Assembly (NCBI RefSeq): GCF_004010195.1 | Contig: NC_057760.1 | Coordinates: 4,223,764 to 4,261,408 of the forward strand | Direction: 5' to 3' | From: Chiloscyllium plagiosum | Lineage: Eukaryota | Length of the DNA stretch: 37,645 nucleotides | Shown: in pieces, positions 35,342 through 37,645 of the stretch | Numbering within the stretch: position 1 is the first letter of the stretch | Layout: every line of letters starts with the position of its first letter | Position numbers and translations under genes: made by a program | Notes under the pieces: model-generated | What the model was told of the DNA's origin: nothing | The model's database searches: none | The model's input: only the letters and a program-made list of their open reading frames with translations

Positions 35342-35835
35342 TATTTAAGGTGAGAAGTGAAATATTTTAGGGGGATACATGCGGCAAGTACTTTATTCAG
35401 AGAGTGGTAGGTGCCTGGAACGCGTTGCCAGCAGAGGTAATAGAGGCAGGCACAGTAGATTCATTTAAGATGCGTCTGGACAGATGCATGAGTAGGTCGG
35501 GAGCAGAGGGATACCAATGCTTAGGAATTGGGCGATAGGTTTAAACAGTGGATTTGGATTGGCTCAGGCTTGGAGGAAGTGAGGACTGCAGATGCTGGAG
35601 ATCAGAGCTTAAAAATGTGTTGCTGGGAAAGCGCAGCAGGTCAGGCAGCATCAAAGGAACAGGAGAATCGACGTTTCAGGCCTGAAGAAGGGCTTATGCC
35701 CAAAACGTCGATTCTCCTGTTCCTTTGATGCTGCCTGACCTGCTGCGCTTTTCCAGCAACACATTTTTAAGCTCTAGCTTGGAGGGCCGAGAAGCCTGTT
35801 CCTGGGCTGTAAACTTTCTTTGTTCTTTGTTCTTT
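35342..35835 (+). mobile_element. Short CR1 3' end, itself interrupted by a PLE palindrome
   Basis: tggaacgcgttgccagc...gcttggagg[insert]gccgagaagcctgtt...(ttctttg)n. Confidence 0.88.
35577..35776. mobile_element. Palindromic PLE pLTR insertion with a 9-bp TSD and hammerhead motif (35682-35709, G12 mutated)
   Basis: GCTTGGAGG at 35568-35576 and 35777-35785; inverted arms span 35604-35775. Confidence 0.9.
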
Positions 35836-36523
35836 TTTGTTGTTTGACCATGTTTCTGAGGCAAGCTAATCCGATCTGGCTGTACTTGACCCATATCTGT
35901 TTAAACTTGTCCTAATAATGAAATTATCCAAATGTCTTTTAAACGTTGTAACTGTAACTACATTCACGACTTTCTTTGAAGTTCATTTCACACACGCATA
36001 TTTAAAATTTCCTTTTTAAATATTTCTCCAATCACCATAAAAATATACCACCTAGTTTTGAAGTTCCCAACCATAGGGAAAACACATCTGTCATTCACCT
36101 TATTAATCACGAATTGATTTTAGAAACCTCAATAAATCACCCCTCAATCCCCTGTGCTCCAGTGAAAAAAGTCTCTTCCTTTCCAGTCCATTCTTATATC
36201 TCAAAAATTCCAATCTTGGAAAAATCCTAGCAAATCTTTTCTGAACCCTCTCCAGTTTAGTAAAATTCTTTTTTATAAATAGCGTGACCAAAATAGTAAA
36301 CAGTACACCAGAAGTAGCTTGACGAATGCCCTGTATAACCTGAGAATGGCATCTGAACTCTTATGCACAACAGTCTGAACATTGAAGGCAAGCGTGATGC
36401 ACTGTCTACATCTGATGCCAATTTCAAAGAATTAATCCATGAATCTAATTGTCTGTCTGTTCTCCAATACCGGTCAAGGGGCTACCACTAATTGCAAGAG
36501 ATCTTTTGTGTTTTGTATTAGAG

Positions 36524-36797
36524 AGGCAATTACCTAGTGGTGTTATCGCTGGACTGGTAATCCAGAGACCCACATAATGTTCTGGGTACTGGGTTCAAAT
36601 CCCACCATGGCAGACAGTGACATTTGAATTCAATAATCATCTGGGTCACTAATGTCCTCCAGGGAAGAAAGCTGCATCCATACCTGGTCTGGCCTACATG
36701 TGACTCCACGCCCACAGCGATGTGGTTGACTCTGGACAATTAGGAATGAGCAACAAATGCTGTCCAGCCAATGATGCCCTCATTGTGTGAATGAATG
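36524..36797 (+). mobile_element. tRNA-derived SINE of a second family (L2-type tail; possibly SacSINE1/DeuSINE-related)
   Basis: A-box-like cctagtgg, B box ggttcaaatcc, tail aaatgctgtccagccaatgatgccctcattgtgtgaatgaat; family name uncertain. Confidence 0.75.
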
Positions 36798-37449
36798 TTA
36801 CAAAGCCACACGTCATACTTATCCATATTAATCTCCATCTGCCACTCAGCCTATTTACCCAATCAATTAAATCTCTGTGTCATCATACATAACCTTCTTT
36901 ACTGTCCACAACTTTGAAGGTTGTTTTGAACCCATGACCTACAAATCTACACTGTTGAGCATGACTGCATGAAAACCTACTGCTAAAGCAGAACCCATTT
37001 GAACCTGTCATAACGAGTCAATGGGAAGCCCACTCTTCAAGAGGCCATCTGCAATCAATTAATAGATCTGAAAGAAGCAAGTCCAAGGAGAAAAGCTAAA
37101 GACATAAGTACAATAAAAAAGTGAAGGGACCAACATAAGGCCACAATGAAATCAGAAGGCATTTCTAAGCCACTTGTAAATAATAGCAAAACTGATCAAA
37201 TGGTGATTTTTAATCTCAGATTGACTGATTAGCGTGTAGCACACCTGTTAAATGATGTTGGGGAAGTGATAAAGGCATTTTACTACAGTTTTCCATGGTT
37301 TGCAGCACACATATCTTATTCCTTTGTAAACTCGAATAATACAGTAATATGGAAATGTGAGCTGTTTTCATATTTCAATAAGCATGATTGAACCTGTTAT
37401 GACACAACATTACGGACATGGGGTCTTGAAATGTGGCTTTCTGTCACAA

Positions 37450-37645
37450 AGAGGGTAAGTCCGATCACGGACAGTAGTGGGAGACTGTGTATTGAGTCGG
37501 AAGAGATAGGAGAGGTCTTGAATGAGTACTTTTCTTCAGTATTTACGAACAAGAGGGACCGTATTGTTGAAGAGGAGAGTGTGAAATGGACTGGTAAGCT
37601 AGAGGAGATACTTGTTAGGAAGGAAGATGTGTTGGACATTTTGAA
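37450..37645 (+). mobile_element. CR1 ORF2 fragment running off the window end
   Basis: RVSPITDSSGRLCIESEEIGEVLNEYFSSVFT. Confidence 0.9.

Larger units (their letters stand above)
35300..36915 (-). mobile_element. Old CR1 3' part on the minus strand, split by insertions at 35342-35835 and 36524-36797
   Basis: LERVQKRFARIFP...LFSLEHRGLRGDL; 3' tail (gtcatgtagcacagaaacagacc on +) lies left of the nested insert. Confidence 0.8.

Noticed and set aside
36920..37440. Unassigned A-rich sequence as a possible exon or transposase remnant
   Set aside because: No sustained ORF or recognisable motif; cannot be supported without a database search

Overview
Eukaryotic, repeat-dominated DNA, almost certainly from a cartilaginous fish: it carries HE1-type SINEs, CR1 LINEs with a Zn-finger/SGNH-esterase ORF1, and a shark-type GPR139-like receptor. 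The only host gene is the large terminal coding exon (996-1903, +) of a class A GPCR. Its first exon is not recognisable in the window and probably lies upstream. Most of the rest is nested, decayed retroelements (about a dozen CR1 pieces, one Rex1/Babar fragment, five tRNA-derived SINEs), a 38-bp minisatellite with higher-order structure, and two assembly gaps. Two structures stand out. (1) At least eight short Penelope-like (PLE) insertions from three or four families; seven carry a recognisable minimal hammerhead-ribozyme motif or remnant, two with an intact core. Several are 140-200 bp, TSD-flanked units, and four are palindromes, one folding back exactly on ribozyme stem II. (2) An old inverted segmental duplication (~1986-10700 vs ~23070-25648) of the GPCR 3' flank, whose second arm stops about 85 bp short of where a paralogous receptor would begin. 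All alignments and identities were judged by eye, and repeat boundaries are approximate.
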